From Candidatus Omnitrophota bacterium (GTDB lineage: Bacteria; Omnitrophota; Gorgyraeia; Aquiviventales; Aquiviventaceae), in contig JACPSR010000052.1 of NCBI GenBank assembly GCA_016193175.1, positions 11,226 to 75,225 of the forward strand: a DNA stretch of 64,000 bases, read 5' to 3'. The first letter of the stretch is position 1. Each line of letters starts with the position of its first letter. Below, piece after piece: positions 49,501 to 56,709 of this stretch. A program made the translations under genes and the position numbers. Under the pieces are notes generated by a model. It did no database searches, was not told where the DNA came from, and saw only the letters and a list, made by a program, of their open reading frames with translations.

Positions 49501-52500
49501 CGCGTAATCATATGCGTTCCACGGTGCCTCAAGCTCCAGCTCCTCATCGCCAATCACGTTGCGATGCCCGCCCCTTCGATGCGCGCGATCCGATCGCTCC
49601 GTTCGGTTCACCCTCGCCCCGCCATTTCCCATGTTGCCCGGCGCGGCAGGGCCAAGGCGTCGCTGGGTCTCGTAGCGCTCAACAAGGAATTCGATGTCGG
49701 ATTCGTTAAAGGCCGGATCAGCGCGCGTTAGCGACTGCTTCAATGGGTTGCGGAGATCTTCCGCTGTAACCTTATGATCAACAACCTTGACGATCAGGTC
49801 GAACAGTTGCTGGGCTTCCTCGTAATCGCCCCGCATCTGGGCCAGCTGAACCAAGCGCCTCACCGCCTTCACGGTGAACGAGGGATCAGCAAAGTCAGGG
49901 AATTCCTTGGCCTCCGTAAACAGTTGAAAATACTTCTGCAAGACCATGTGCCGATGCTCGCTCGCATTGGCGCTCACGGCTGCTTGCAGCGCGGCGAGGG
50001 CCTTAGGGGTCGCGAAGTACCACTTATCAGGATGGTAGGGAAACTCGGGGAACAGCGGGTATAAGAGCTTCCTGACCGGCATGGGTCTGAGACACACATC
50101 CACGTGAAGGTGTACTCCGACCAGCTCGAATTTCTTCGCAATGGCCGATGTGAGGGTCTGGGATCTTTGGCGTCGATTCAGGTCTATCACGCCAAACTCG
50201 CTAAAGAAGTCATCTGACCACTCGTCAGGGAGGTAGAGGACAATGTCTAACTCAGGCTCTCCGTTCACGTGTCCAATACCTGGCCAGTAGATCTTCCCCT
50301 CGCGATCACGCAGGTAGGCGACGCTCCCCCCAATTTCGATGATGATGCGGTCAGGCTGAAAATCCTCGGGTGTTTTGACAAGCTGTCGCTTAATCGCTGG
50401 CCAGACTTCCCTGATGGCCTCGTCAATCAGATCGACAACGTTCACTCGTGTGTGGCGGATTGCTGAGTCAAGAGACGCGGGTGGGAGGTCGAGCAAGTGT
50501 TTATCTTTTGGCTGGTACGGCTGCTCCGCGTTGGCTTGGTCGAGGATCGCCGTGACTTGAGCGGTTTGCTTCACCGCAGGCGACTCCTCAGACGGCACCT
50601 TGGCGGCGTCGGGGTTGGGCGGCTCGTTGACGCTGATCCCATCAAGCCCCTCTGTGGCGATCTCGCGAGGAGTCGGCTCAAGGTTTCTGGACGGGGATAT
50701 CGCCGCCGATCCCTGAGCTTCCTCCTTAAGGACCTGCTGGAACTGGGCGAGCAGGGGGTCGTGAACGAGCGGATCAAGTCGCTTCACCCACGCCCTGGTC
50801 AGTGTGAGCCCGCCCTCCCATGCCATCGGCTCTGGAAGGTCCTCCTGGTGATAGCCTAACCCTGGCATGTCCTGATCATAGACGATATCCGCCAATGCCC
50901 TCGCGATGCCTGGCGATTCCACGTCTGATTGAACGTCTGGGGGCCACCGCTGTTGAATCTGCTCACTGGTGGGGCTGACGATTTGTTCAACCCCCACCCC
51001 CCGCGCATACGCTTCAAGACCCAACCGCATCTCCTTCTGCCAGTCCCTGTAGCGCGATTTGGTCGTTCCCTCCTGACGCAAGGCTCTGTAGACATCGCTT
51101 TGGATCGCGCCGATGACGAGGGTCTTGCCGCGGAGATAGAAGTGGACATACGCCAGGGCCCCAGGCACGTGTCCCCCCGGCAATGAGAGCGGCTGGGCTT
51201 CCAGCACGCGAAGCTCCTGATCATCTGGGAAGAGGGCGAGCACGCGGGCCTCAAGAGGCACTCCGTCCACGCGGGCGGTCGCGAGATACGGAACGGTCCG
51301 CAGGCGGCCTCCAAAGAGTCTGACGGTTACTCCGTTGGCTTTCAGGGTCGCTCCACCAGGTGGGGGTCGAATGGAGGCCTGAAACGTCGGGACACCAAAC
51401 AGCACATCGCCAATGACCAGTCGTTGCGCATAGGGGATCGATCCGAGATGTTGACCCAACTCGGCCATGATCCCGTATCGTTTCACCTCAGGAAGCTGCG
51501 CCAGGGCCCACGCAAGATGCCGTGGGCCGATCGCTCCCTCGCGCAGGCTTGACGAGAGCGCCTGGGCGGCGTGGGCATATTGTTCTGACTCTTCTTCGCT
51601 CAGGAACTGAGGCGCGCGCGGCACCTTCAAGGATCCTAAGATCGGCGTGACAGACTCGATCTTCGCTGCGTCGCCAAGCCGGTCGTGTGGGGGAGACGCT
51701 CGCTGGCTCACCTCGCCCGGCGCGGGCGGCTGGGCATCGGTGTCGGCGGCTGGATTTGATGCGGGCGGCGCGGCGGCGGGGGGCGTCTTTCCGTTCTCAA
51801 TCGCGGGGTGTGGCGCGGCTCCCGGCGTCCGAGTCGCGATGAGGATGCCGGAGGTCGACCGACCGATGGCGTACTCGTACGGCTGCACGTGGAACCCTCG
51901 GTCCTCGAGCATGCCTCGAATGCGGTGAAACGCGCGGACATGCCGATGGTTGACCTGCCCAAATTGTGAAAGGAAATACCCTGAGTTAATGAGCAGTTGA
52001 ATCTTCGGTCGCCGGCTTAGGAAGTCAACCGCCATCTCATTAGCACGGCGATAGTTGTTCCAAGGCCCAATGCTCACAAGGGCGCTGGTCGCCTGTTCGA
52101 GAGGCGAGGAAGGCTCCGCGAGTGCAGCGAGATCAATCGGGTCGGTCAAATCGGCGTGCCGGATCGTGAACTGGCCGCCCTGCCCCGCACCCTCACGCCA
52201 CCCGTCGGCCAGCAGCAGCGCTCGGGCCAACTCCAGGACAGGCCGCTTCTTGTCAATCAGCACCGCGTGGCGAGCGCCAAGCCGCAAGCCACCCCGAGAG
52301 TGGATCCCCGATTCCGCCCCCGCATCGACGACCGTCGCGCCTGGGAAGTAGTCCGCATACCCGAGCATGGAGGCGAATGTTCCTACGGTGTAGTCATTGA
52401 AGGGATGGTCCGTCGCGTATGAGGGCGCGACGAAGAGGAAATTGCCTGCGGTGCTGGGGTAACGATCCTTCAGGTGCGCTGCGAGGCGCGCCCGGAACTG

Positions 52501-55500
52501 CTCAATGGTCTGTCCAATTCGCCGCTGGAGCGTGGGAGGATCATGGTGAAAGCGCTTTTCATCTCCTTTTGCGCTCCGGAAGATGAGGAAGATGAACGGC
52601 CCGATCCGGTACAAAGCCGGTAGACCTGGTCCGTAGGCGCGCTCGAACCCGACGCGGTGACCGTTGATCTCAAACTCGTAATCCGTCGTTAAGGCCCCGA
52701 CGGGTGCAAAGGCATGGATCGACGATTCAGCCAAGTCCACGGCGTCATCCTCGCTGAGCCATTGCATGGCCCTCTGACCGGCCTCACCGTCATGGCGCTC
52801 CTCCGGGGCCGGGGGAACGCCGGGTGGCTGATGCACCATCGTGAACGCGGCGGTGAGGGCGGCGCCGACGGCGAGGCTGAGTCGCGCGAAGCCAGCGCGG
52901 CTGAGGAGGGGTGCAGCCTCGGCGCCGGCGAGATACGCGACCGCGGCGAGGAGGCCGGCGACGAGCCATGCCGCGCTGAGGAGGAGCAGGAGCTTGGGGA
53001 GCTTCTCCCTGAACCGGACCAGGGTTGCCTCGATCCCTGCAAAATAGCTGGGCAGGGCTTTCCCTAATTGGCTTCGATACACTTCCGCCTCTCGGCGGAT
53101 CTGCTCCGCAAGCGCGGGCTGGGTGGGTTCCGCTTGTTGGGCGAGCTGCTCGAATTGTTCCAGGGTGATGAGGATGGGGTCGCGCGTAAGTGTTCGTGGC
53201 GCTTGCCCCGCCGTCAGTTCTTGGGGAGAAGCGGGCGGCGCGCGGCCGGCCGCCCGGCGCGCGAACCAGGCGCTGAGTTGTTGAGCTCCGCGCGCTACTC
53301 GCCGGAGGACCCACAGGCCGGCAGCAACCCCGCCGAGCGCCAGGGCGTATGGCAGCAGATGAAGGGCCCGGGTCAGGGAGAACACCATGACAGGACCAAT
53401 GATTGCCGTCTCGGGCGGGAGGGTCTCCACAACCCACGTGGCCAGCGTCAGCCCGAGGGTCATCGCGAGCCCGAGCGTGCCAACCCGCAGCCAGCGCCGG
53501 CCTCTCGCGCCAGGCCCCGCGCTCGTTCCGAGGAGCGCCAGGGCCACGAGGGCGGCAAGTCCGCTCAGAACGGGGAGGGCGGCGCCAAGGCTGGCCCAAT
53601 CAACCGACGGGCCTCGAGCGAGGTCCACCACCCCCTCCGCGGAGGTGCCGGCCAGGAGCGCGCCGAGGCCCACGATCCAGGCCGCCAGCCGGCCGGAACC
53701 AGAACCCCGTACCCTTCTTCTCACGACGGTTTCAACCCGCTTCCCCTGAGCCTGAGACGCTGACTCCAGGAGGGTTTCCGCTTGCTTGACGTGCTCCACG
53801 ATGTCCTTCAGGATCTGCGTGGCCTGACGATAGTCGGTTTCCTGTTTCGGCCACTGCTCCACGCGGTGATCGATGCGATTCTGCACCGTCTCTACGTCAT
53901 GCCTGATGGCCTGAAGGGTAGCCACGAGACGTTTCTGCAAATCCTTCAGCGGCCTCTGCTCGCCCAAGGAGCGACGGATACGCTCCAGCAGACGCGCAGT
54001 CGTCTGCGTGGCCTTGCCTAACCGCTCTTCCAGGATCCGCGGCGATCCGATTTCATTCTTCGCAACCTTGAGGGGGTAGGTGCGCACGTCCTGCCAGTCT
54101 TGGAGCAACTGTCGCCAGGCGATGACAGTGTCTTCGTCAAAAACCCTCATGGATGCGGCGAAAAACACAGTCGTCTCGAGGGGACTCCATGTCGGCGTTA
54201 ACCCGGCCCACAGCGCGGCAAGCTGGGCCGCTGCCGCCAGCGCCAGGACGAGCCAGGCGATCGTGATGAGCGGGATCACGCCGTCCTCACGGGGCGAGGC
54301 ATCCTCGGCTGGCTCCTCACGTACCGGCCTGGCGAGATCGATGAGGTCGGCGTAGATCCCCTCCAGGTAGCTTCGGAATCCTTGGAGTCTCTTGGTCGCA
54401 TCTTCGGGTGTGACGAGTGACGGGTCCGCTCGCGGGTCAAGGATCAAGGCCCGAGTCACCCCCTCAAACTCGCGCGCCAGCTCGTCAAGGTGAGGGCTGG
54501 GGGCGCCGGCCTTCGACCACAAGGACAGAAAACCTTCCCTAATCTGCCGAATCAACGTGTGCGCTTCGCCGAACTCCCGACGCTGACGCTCCGTCTGCTC
54601 CACAAGCGTCTGCAGCACCAGACGGCTTCGTTGTAGCCTAAGGAGGAGGATGAATCGCCTCAGATTCGGACGGCTGAAGAGATCGGTGGTACTCGTCAGC
54701 GCCTCCTCGGTCAGCGTCCACGCTTGCTCGACATGAGCGAGCCGATCCCGCTGGTCCATCTCCTGAAGATTGCCATCCAGAAGGCGCACGGCCTCATCGA
54801 CATCCACGGCGGCCGTCTCAACGATCAGATGCACCGGATACATCCCTGACGCGCGGTTGCCATCCTGTGGCCCGGGCGGCTCGGTGGGCGTGAGATCCTT
54901 CGCCCTCAACGCGGCTCGGATCGCCCTGATCATCGCCCATGGCCGATCACTAAAGCCAAGTCGAACAAGCTCAGCCTCATCTGAGGGTATTTCGCGGATT
55001 GAGAGCAGCGGGGGGGTCTTGGCCAAAAAGGTCTCTTTGATCCACTGATCAGTCTCGGGTCTCTTTGAAAAGCGCACATTCACGATGAAGTCCGGATCTT
55101 CTTGGAACCGGATCCTGCGAGCGGCCAAGGCGCGTGTCAAGTCCTTGAACTGCGCCAAGTGCGACCAGACCGAGCGATCAGGGGACTCGGCTTGGATCAG
55201 CCGGAAGACCTCGAAATCGGTCTTGGAGAGCAACTCGAAGATCGTGTGACCTAGCAGGATGATCTCCTGATCGGTGAGGATCGGGCGCTGGCCGCCATGT
55301 GCAGAAAAGAGTGCGTTCTTAACGAAGCCATCGCGACGCCATCCTGGAAATGTCCGGTTCTCAAGAAAGTTCGGATTCTCCCGAAGCCTGATGCCGTACG
55401 TGGCCAGGGTGTGCTTCAGGTCGTAGAACCGCTTGCGATACCACCAGCCTGGAGCGACTGGGAAGTGCTCGATGAGCAGGCGGAATACCTCCAAGTCAGT

Positions 55501-56709
55501 GATGGCTTCGAGAGCTGCAACTGTGCGGACCCCTGCAGCTTCCAAGATCTCTAAGATCTCCCGCACGTCTTTCCGTTGAATCATCAGGTCGCGAAGGAGA
55601 AGGCTCGGAGCGATGAGGCGCTCCGTCTCAAGCCTCGGTAACACTTTGGCGAGTGCCTGTTGCTCAATTTGCCGGACCCGCTCGCGAGTCAGCCTGAGAC
55701 GAGCGCCGATCTGTTCAAGCGTCTGCGAGCTCAGGCGCGATTCCAAAATCGTCCGTTCACGCTCGGAGAGATCCATAAAGATTGTGGGACCAGTGCGCGC
55801 AAACTCCCGTTGAACCTGTTGCAGCAGTGGTGAAAGCCAGGCCCTTCTCGCTCGCCGCAGAACCGTGGCAAGGCCAGCGACACCGAGCGCCCCCACGAGC
55901 GGTCCAAGCCATCCCCCAAGCGCCGCGAGTTCTGCAGCCAAACCGCCACTAGGGATCTCCACCGCCGACCAGCCGAGGGCCGGGACGCCGGCCAGGGCGA
56001 GCCCGAGGAAGAGGCCGAGCTTCTGACCGCGGCGCAGGGAACGATCCGTTCTATCGGGAGTCGACGGAGCCGGTTTCGGAATCCATCCCTCGATGATCAA
56101 CAGGCCCGCGGCGAGGATCGCAGCGACCCCGCTGACGACGAGATAGGACGTCAACGGAGACGAAACCGCCTTCGTGGTCCGGAAGAGCGAGAGGAACGGC
56201 GCGAGCACGACGGCATTGAAGAGGAACAGGAAGAACACCCCGGCAGTGAATTGCGAGATGTCCACCCTCCAACCCCGCGACCTCGCCCACCAGAGGCCGA
56301 GGGACGCCAAGGCCCAGATCCCGACAATCCCAGCCGCTGTCATCCACAACGCCGCAGACAGGGCATCTGTAAGCCCCAGGAAGGGGATGAGCGCGGGGAG
56401 AACGGCAGAGCCATTCGTTTCGGTTCGCCGACGCGCATCCGTGGCGCGCTCCTGCTTGGGCCTGCGTGCCCAGACGACCATGTCATCGGATCCGTGCACG
56501 AGCTCGAAGGCCTCCGTCCATCCCTCCTGCTGACGCAGCGCCTCGCTGTCCTTCCGCCCGGCGAAGAGCACCCCTCCTACTACTCCGCCATGTTCGGACA
56601 TCAGGGCGGCGCTGAGCGTTTTCAACTGCTCCTCAGTCAGTGGCGCGGTGACCCCTTCGATCAGGATCAGGTCGGCTGACCGAAGACCTCCCAGGGTGGC
56701 ATCGCTCAT
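40504..56709 (-). CDS. Giant multidomain membrane protein B (~5,401 aa)
   Basis: Continuous ORF in the track (40504-56826). The ATG at 56709 overlaps the ORF C stop (ATGA) and has AAAGGA upstream. It contains many TM segments plus sigma70-r4, SAM methyltransferase-like, NTase-like, TPR, PPDK and Fic-like domains. Confidence 0.88.
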   Translation of the reverse strand: MSDATLGGLRSADLILIEGVTAPLTEEQLKTLSAALMSEHGGVVGGVLFAGRKDSEALRQQEGWTEAFELVHGSDDMVVWARRPKQERATDARRRTETNGSAVLPALIPFLGLTDALSAALWMTAAGIVGIWALASLGLWWARSRGWRVDISQFTAGVFFLFLFNAVVLAPFLSLFRTTKAVSSPLTSYLVVSGVAAILAAGLLIIEGWIPKPAPSTPDRTDRSLRRGQKLGLFLGLALAGVPALGWSAVEIPSGGLAAELAALGGWLGPLVGALGVAGLATVLRRARRAWLSPLLQQVQREFARTGPTIFMDLSERERTILESRLSSQTLEQIGARLRLTRERVRQIEQQALAKVLPRLETERLIAPSLLLRDLMIQRKDVREILEILEAAGVRTVAALEAITDLEVFRLLIEHFPVAPGWWYRKRFYDLKHTLATYGIRLRENPNFLENRTFPGWRRDGFVKNALFSAHGGQRPILTDQEIILLGHTIFELLSKTDFEVFRLIQAESPDRSVWSHLAQFKDLTRALAARRIRFQEDPDFIVNVRFSKRPETDQWIKETFLAKTPPLLSIREIPSDEAELVRLGFSDRPWAMIRAIRAALRAKDLTPTEPPGPQDGNRASGMYPVHLIVETAAVDVDEAVRLLDGNLQEMDQRDRLAHVEQAWTLTEEALTSTTDLFSRPNLRRFILLLRLQRSRLVLQTLVEQTERQRREFGEAHTLIRQIREGFLSLWSKAGAPSPHLDELAREFEGVTRALILDPRADPSLVTPEDATKRLQGFRSYLEGIYADLIDLARPVREEPAEDASPREDGVIPLITIAWLVLALAAAAQLAALWAGLTPTWSPLETTVFFAASMRVFDEDTVIAWRQLLQDWQDVRTYPLKVAKNEIGSPRILEERLGKATQTTARLLERIRRSLGEQRPLKDLQKRLVATLQAIRHDVETVQNRIDHRVEQWPKQETDYRQATQILKDIVEHVKQAETLLESASQAQGKRVETVVRRRVRGSGSGRLAAWIVGLGALLAGTSAEGVVDLARGPSVDWASLGAALPVLSGLAALVALALLGTSAGPGARGRRWLRVGTLGLAMTLGLTLATWVVETLPPETAIIGPVMVFSLTRALHLLPYALALGGVAAGLWVLRRVARGAQQLSAWFARRAAGRAPPASPQELTAGQAPRTLTRDPILITLEQFEQLAQQAEPTQPALAEQIRREAEVYRSQLGKALPSYFAGIEATLVRFREKLPKLLLLLSAAWLVAGLLAAVAYLAGAEAAPLLSRAGFARLSLAVGAALTAAFTMVHQPPGVPPAPEERHDGEAGQRAMQWLSEDDAVDLAESSIHAFAPVGALTTDYEFEINGHRVGFERAYGPGLPALYRIGPFIFLIFRSAKGDEKRFHHDPPTLQRRIGQTIEQFRARLAAHLKDRYPSTAGNFLFVAPSYATDHPFNDYTVGTFASMLGYADYFPGATVVDAGAESGIHSRGGLRLGARHAVLIDKKRPVLELARALLLADGWREGAGQGGQFTIRHADLTDPIDLAALAEPSSPLEQATSALVSIGPWNNYRRANEMAVDFLSRRPKIQLLINSGYFLSQFGQVNHRHVRAFHRIRGMLEDRGFHVQPYEYAIGRSTSGILIATRTPGAAPHPAIENGKTPPAAAPPASNPAADTDAQPPAPGEVSQRASPPHDRLGDAAKIESVTPILGSLKVPRAPQFLSEEESEQYAHAAQALSSSLREGAIGPRHLAWALAQLPEVKRYGIMAELGQHLGSIPYAQRLVIGDVLFGVPTFQASIRPPPGGATLKANGVTVRLFGGRLRTVPYLATARVDGVPLEARVLALFPDDQELRVLEAQPLSLPGGHVPGALAYVHFYLRGKTLVIGAIQSDVYRALRQEGTTKSRYRDWQKEMRLGLEAYARGVGVEQIVSPTSEQIQQRWPPDVQSDVESPGIARALADIVYDQDMPGLGYHQEDLPEPMAWEGGLTLTRAWVKRLDPLVHDPLLAQFQQVLKEEAQGSAAISPSRNLEPTPREIATEGLDGISVNEPPNPDAAKVPSEESPAVKQTAQVTAILDQANAEQPYQPKDKHLLDLPPASLDSAIRHTRVNVVDLIDEAIREVWPAIKRQLVKTPEDFQPDRIIIEIGGSVAYLRDREGKIYWPGIGHVNGEPELDIVLYLPDEWSDDFFSEFGVIDLNRRQRSQTLTSAIAKKFELVGVHLHVDVCLRPMPVRKLLYPLFPEFPYHPDKWYFATPKALAALQAAVSANASEHRHMVLQKYFQLFTEAKEFPDFADPSFTVKAVRRLVQLAQMRGDYEEAQQLFDLIVKVVDHKVTAEDLRNPLKQSLTRADPAFNESDIEFLVERYETQRRLGPAAPGNMGNGGARVNRTERSDRAHRRGGHRNVIGDEELELEAPWNAYDYASGGTLVPDSERRRLAVIDDWKLLDQLQQRIKTLKDRSERALKPGEVNQDEAGKLRAEIEQLGAEVNGLPQELQGQAVEGDAAPKESAKIPPPPITPAPPPAPPEPPRSSQPAEPTPQAATRPGDSPPLKVGIDPTVATGDSKAQQQRKAEAHKQFQQGEGHEQAGRLEEALRLNRYEEVEESAREALVLAPDPSMIRAELLYKLADALVELGRPDEGLRLFDETIEALEALAKRTKRPAELREIQRFAAIVGITKAQTYYSLDRHNEARASIQELRRYSAILAERQPSVLAYALMLQGHLAYAEGDLQGARRLYERAHGADPHPTIDDALDVVKGRVAEQANNVEEAITRFRRVLAHGCSFLGPTLPLRDTESDVPILVAALKQAGKARVRELEKRGVSVVRGRQLLIAYHPPLGEALRALGRVYAKQPEPERQLLAFLVLEAVMRLKEVAGPSSSTIQQLFEAIRSRINPETASNRLLAAEASLRAFHLEQAGQIEAARQEYARALDVNAEDIVSRFAAGRVAYLRGRYDEAVQWLTTARDTAKRMRPGDRRLLMDISRVLGVSLLELDRPRALESLEALTEALTLLQSIRTEPLDWAAYTAFLNDPPVQEKYLLTQMAAAQLQHALDTEEPQAYEKVLELGRRARSVYGVEDRQRKEGMDRAVLRSEALALWGLKRYEPATNKMEDVVRKIEAELRAANEGLKRLAREAGSAANAPHEAELTRRRRELEQAQARALVTRGSIRLFSGQSGQLELGVSDLAQDQTKGWFTPAGTVAIKRYLAEALLRLGDLDGARREIGEALSLAQSIRPVVGWTYVDLLFLSGRLHLKKAEWNEAAQTLHQALIETLHGYGAIAQEPAPPTLAELLQMTRGLQTLTPRIVNYLVEGGEGLAVSLIKRSSSDEAELTAAVELIGWLDALDLSAEQRAQLDAVRPSLEAKLARTREQAEEDRRVHAQLVMEQRTSALGADGLARELAEALPEILKRSELDAELRQQAEAVVHQAEETGRVTPPEGWATGRAWALALVLQAETPAPKLLVERLAKAAAESHAKLSLQTIESMTRKAEAAELKGNRLEALATMISDGAVRTHLDEAVKTKSRIDEAMNAAIDELIRSLQAAQPQAAPPKEPRGRGRRTGRRGPPEEKEHYLPPELRQSPLERMFGHQDRRFHSQGPGRVETGSSKPLQPPTVMLDDAATLSVDEIGEKAKALAELRQLGIPTPDALVLTVQAAAHVRSYQQQLQEGLRQLEQRTGTKLGDAEAPLLLAVRSSADQAYPGLLTSVLFVGMTRDVLEGLKRSRGEPVAFRTYAAWLRSWAVGVLKMPAQSFDRALNKPSSPEEVANAFERIIAESGFRIPEDPHDQLVAAIEAVVQSGRADAVKNFRVIHGQTGPAPVAVILSPMLNTLDEDSGVGMFSTHDSQTGEPGLFGSFRVTASGDELVQGRSLVPVQELRSRFPAVFEQLSALRERIVQARHHVPQDIEFAFAHGRVLITQAQPQVLMPAALLPLIERQAREAGASTIDLIPTVLERLQYSSPPRKTMVGRFRDMDTAKRRVIVGDPSRLSGTDMVVGHLVFTRERALAAIRSGEPIIFVAQEGQQDLLKELLSANRLSGVILSEGVAPGTHTRQLLQYFDVPVVAFNQSYPTEIDEGALVRHVWEWGRGARVERRVPEGSLVAMDGAEKVVVAFIPEEWHALREMPAAPGFDLQALKDSVTQAYGGTDYQTVLQAHDRSLSAALTADRTWRWLRTHRPQAVEEIVTAGRNTIAHGLSAHFLYELLLEKGSQLGKSARQVGLEIVEQAKDLQRLPELRSTPYRLLTRDFRPSLNPAWGKFVIQFWGKEWDFDSRSYRSYLTPAELETHQLPPLGQAYQRFLEPIRQEAEQAKRQVQRFVEYLRASGAEVPSLRLFAEWFDHTHEDAPNTFGAYAVGVEFLPDRLQEVVQRLLDFERAKPWQGDPRTPSGDGERDHGERDRHGDRFRGAWENLPWADHHHRSAGRRGGGGGWAVGTPAPEPSKPAPAQQIELVSDPLRKVIPAGIKHLIRGTTSGRRQMTPERFLVSAEKALQRFADLPAKTKTNEVAAGLRNRLRYAARRFRTAAPYGRVQSALKQTNASVLLDDVSGNEEKATQTATSLGWLLEIFRARKAVRLRAQLHPVEGQLEALMAPYFPGVIARPATFRSAESYQETIDSLVEKFTLGGSTVQAAPILGGFLVWLLAPDLTGALAFLVGLGTTIMIAVVGGNGGTSDSPEDTHDKLPRIKFTAGSMGGGPEPITSVLVVGALAERAVERLRVDGKVDIHVSELRDGHAMAHVENLNSEDPTGSVEIDQQPVLQLHRLPDALAGLKPNVEGVSVLIKRDVHRSSSFLLNSTQPRAKKQSAVKALPLALAVAVGMILLAAVPVEAAVRHAALSLAPDWVTLSLLMVAVGLAWPWWLRRHRWGRSSSLRDGETPQLVAPVDQVNLEDWDRALDQFDDPQGSFAVVERQAFLAAARMMLQEAARRTTASSAKELQDMVLAWHDKLALMTQQRARGVYWGDIEVFFERLSRAWQRQGPSIQLAARAYRGLVKGQWLVDHNHRIAFLLMAYLLLRAGLVPPTPTPRVLYALSRLGGQPSRRVARWLRSEQPSIGERWVQDVHARLIQGRIEESRELLLELIQDLGSRSDKRGSLLVDGVSRLLQTYPELHRWIRSTLIEFLRDQKGGYRIRGWIEILLRELLAKELDARIQFVVGALADRPPETKAALAQELKAWVTDKRTFRRFLADLLSGRQFFRGRFRDMRYSSLPQQERWRALDLNLIQLLIRRGDLKPSPWLKAGGALAWAFVFLWGSQGAYGQSNLMGFDRYFQEGARLMKRTALASRDLVRGVRMLYRSEGWRVEIHGESHTFGELKGSVYAGAAWQLGHWTGDPENAVKFLALLGNGYDIERAIRKIWKDTPPTIPPSGGSFPGAPRGTLPTAKFHGPGNALMDRPQAEPSWPRPPAGRTIEDVEPGIKSNHVAERFN
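41690..42100 (-). other. Fic/Doc-like domain with non-canonical motif in protein B
   Basis: LAARAYRGLVKGQWLVDHNHRIAFLLMAYLLLRAG versus canonical HPFxDGNGRxxR. Confidence 0.6.
42376..42404 (+). promoter_or_regulatory. sigma70 promoter of the nested antisense DUF2283 gene
   Basis: TTGCTT (42376-42381), 17 nt, TAGAAT (42399-42404), followed by GAGGAGGAAGGAG. Confidence 0.72.
42427..42639 (+). CDS. DUF2283-family small protein, nested antisense inside giant ORF B
   Basis: MDITFDEHADALYIRF...TVKLQDGLLVDLDRSGRIFGIEILDVS matches the DUF2283 signature (YD..ADALYI...D.D..G...GIEIL). SD AAGGAG lies 8 nt before the ATG. Confidence 0.88.
   Translation: MDITFDEHADALYIRFQPGKRVRKTVKLQDGLLVDLDRSGRIFGIEILDVSHRMPIAQLGHVNINLPVHA
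44450..45900 (-). other. Pyruvate phosphate dikinase-like N-terminal and phospho-His domains (no C-terminal barrel) in protein B
   Basis: GEKAKALAEL..LGIPTPDALVLT, PLLLAVRSSA...PGLLTSVL, PEDPHDQL..AIEAV, SGVGMFS, GDELVQG, QDIEF, GVILSEG...TH. Confidence 0.82.
46800..49050 (-). other. TPR repeat region in protein B
   Basis: Repeated LADALVELGRPDEGLRLFDE, GHLAYAEGDLQGARRLYERA, GRVAYLRGRYDEAVQWL, LAEALLRLGDLDGARREI. Confidence 0.85.
51840..52400 (-). other. Class I SAM-dependent methyltransferase-like domain in protein B
   Basis: GATVVDAGAESGI...LRLGARHAVLID...IRHADL. Confidence 0.65.
55640..55775 (-). other. sigma70 region-4 HTH domain in protein B
   Basis: LSERERTILESR...TLEQIGARLRLTRERVRQIEQQALAKV. 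Confidence 0.88.

Noticed and set aside
45751-49731. + strand ORFs of 494 and 565 aa
   Set aside because: Antisense shadows of the TPR/coiled-coil region of ORF B, with no recognisable family, unlike hicBA and DUF2283.
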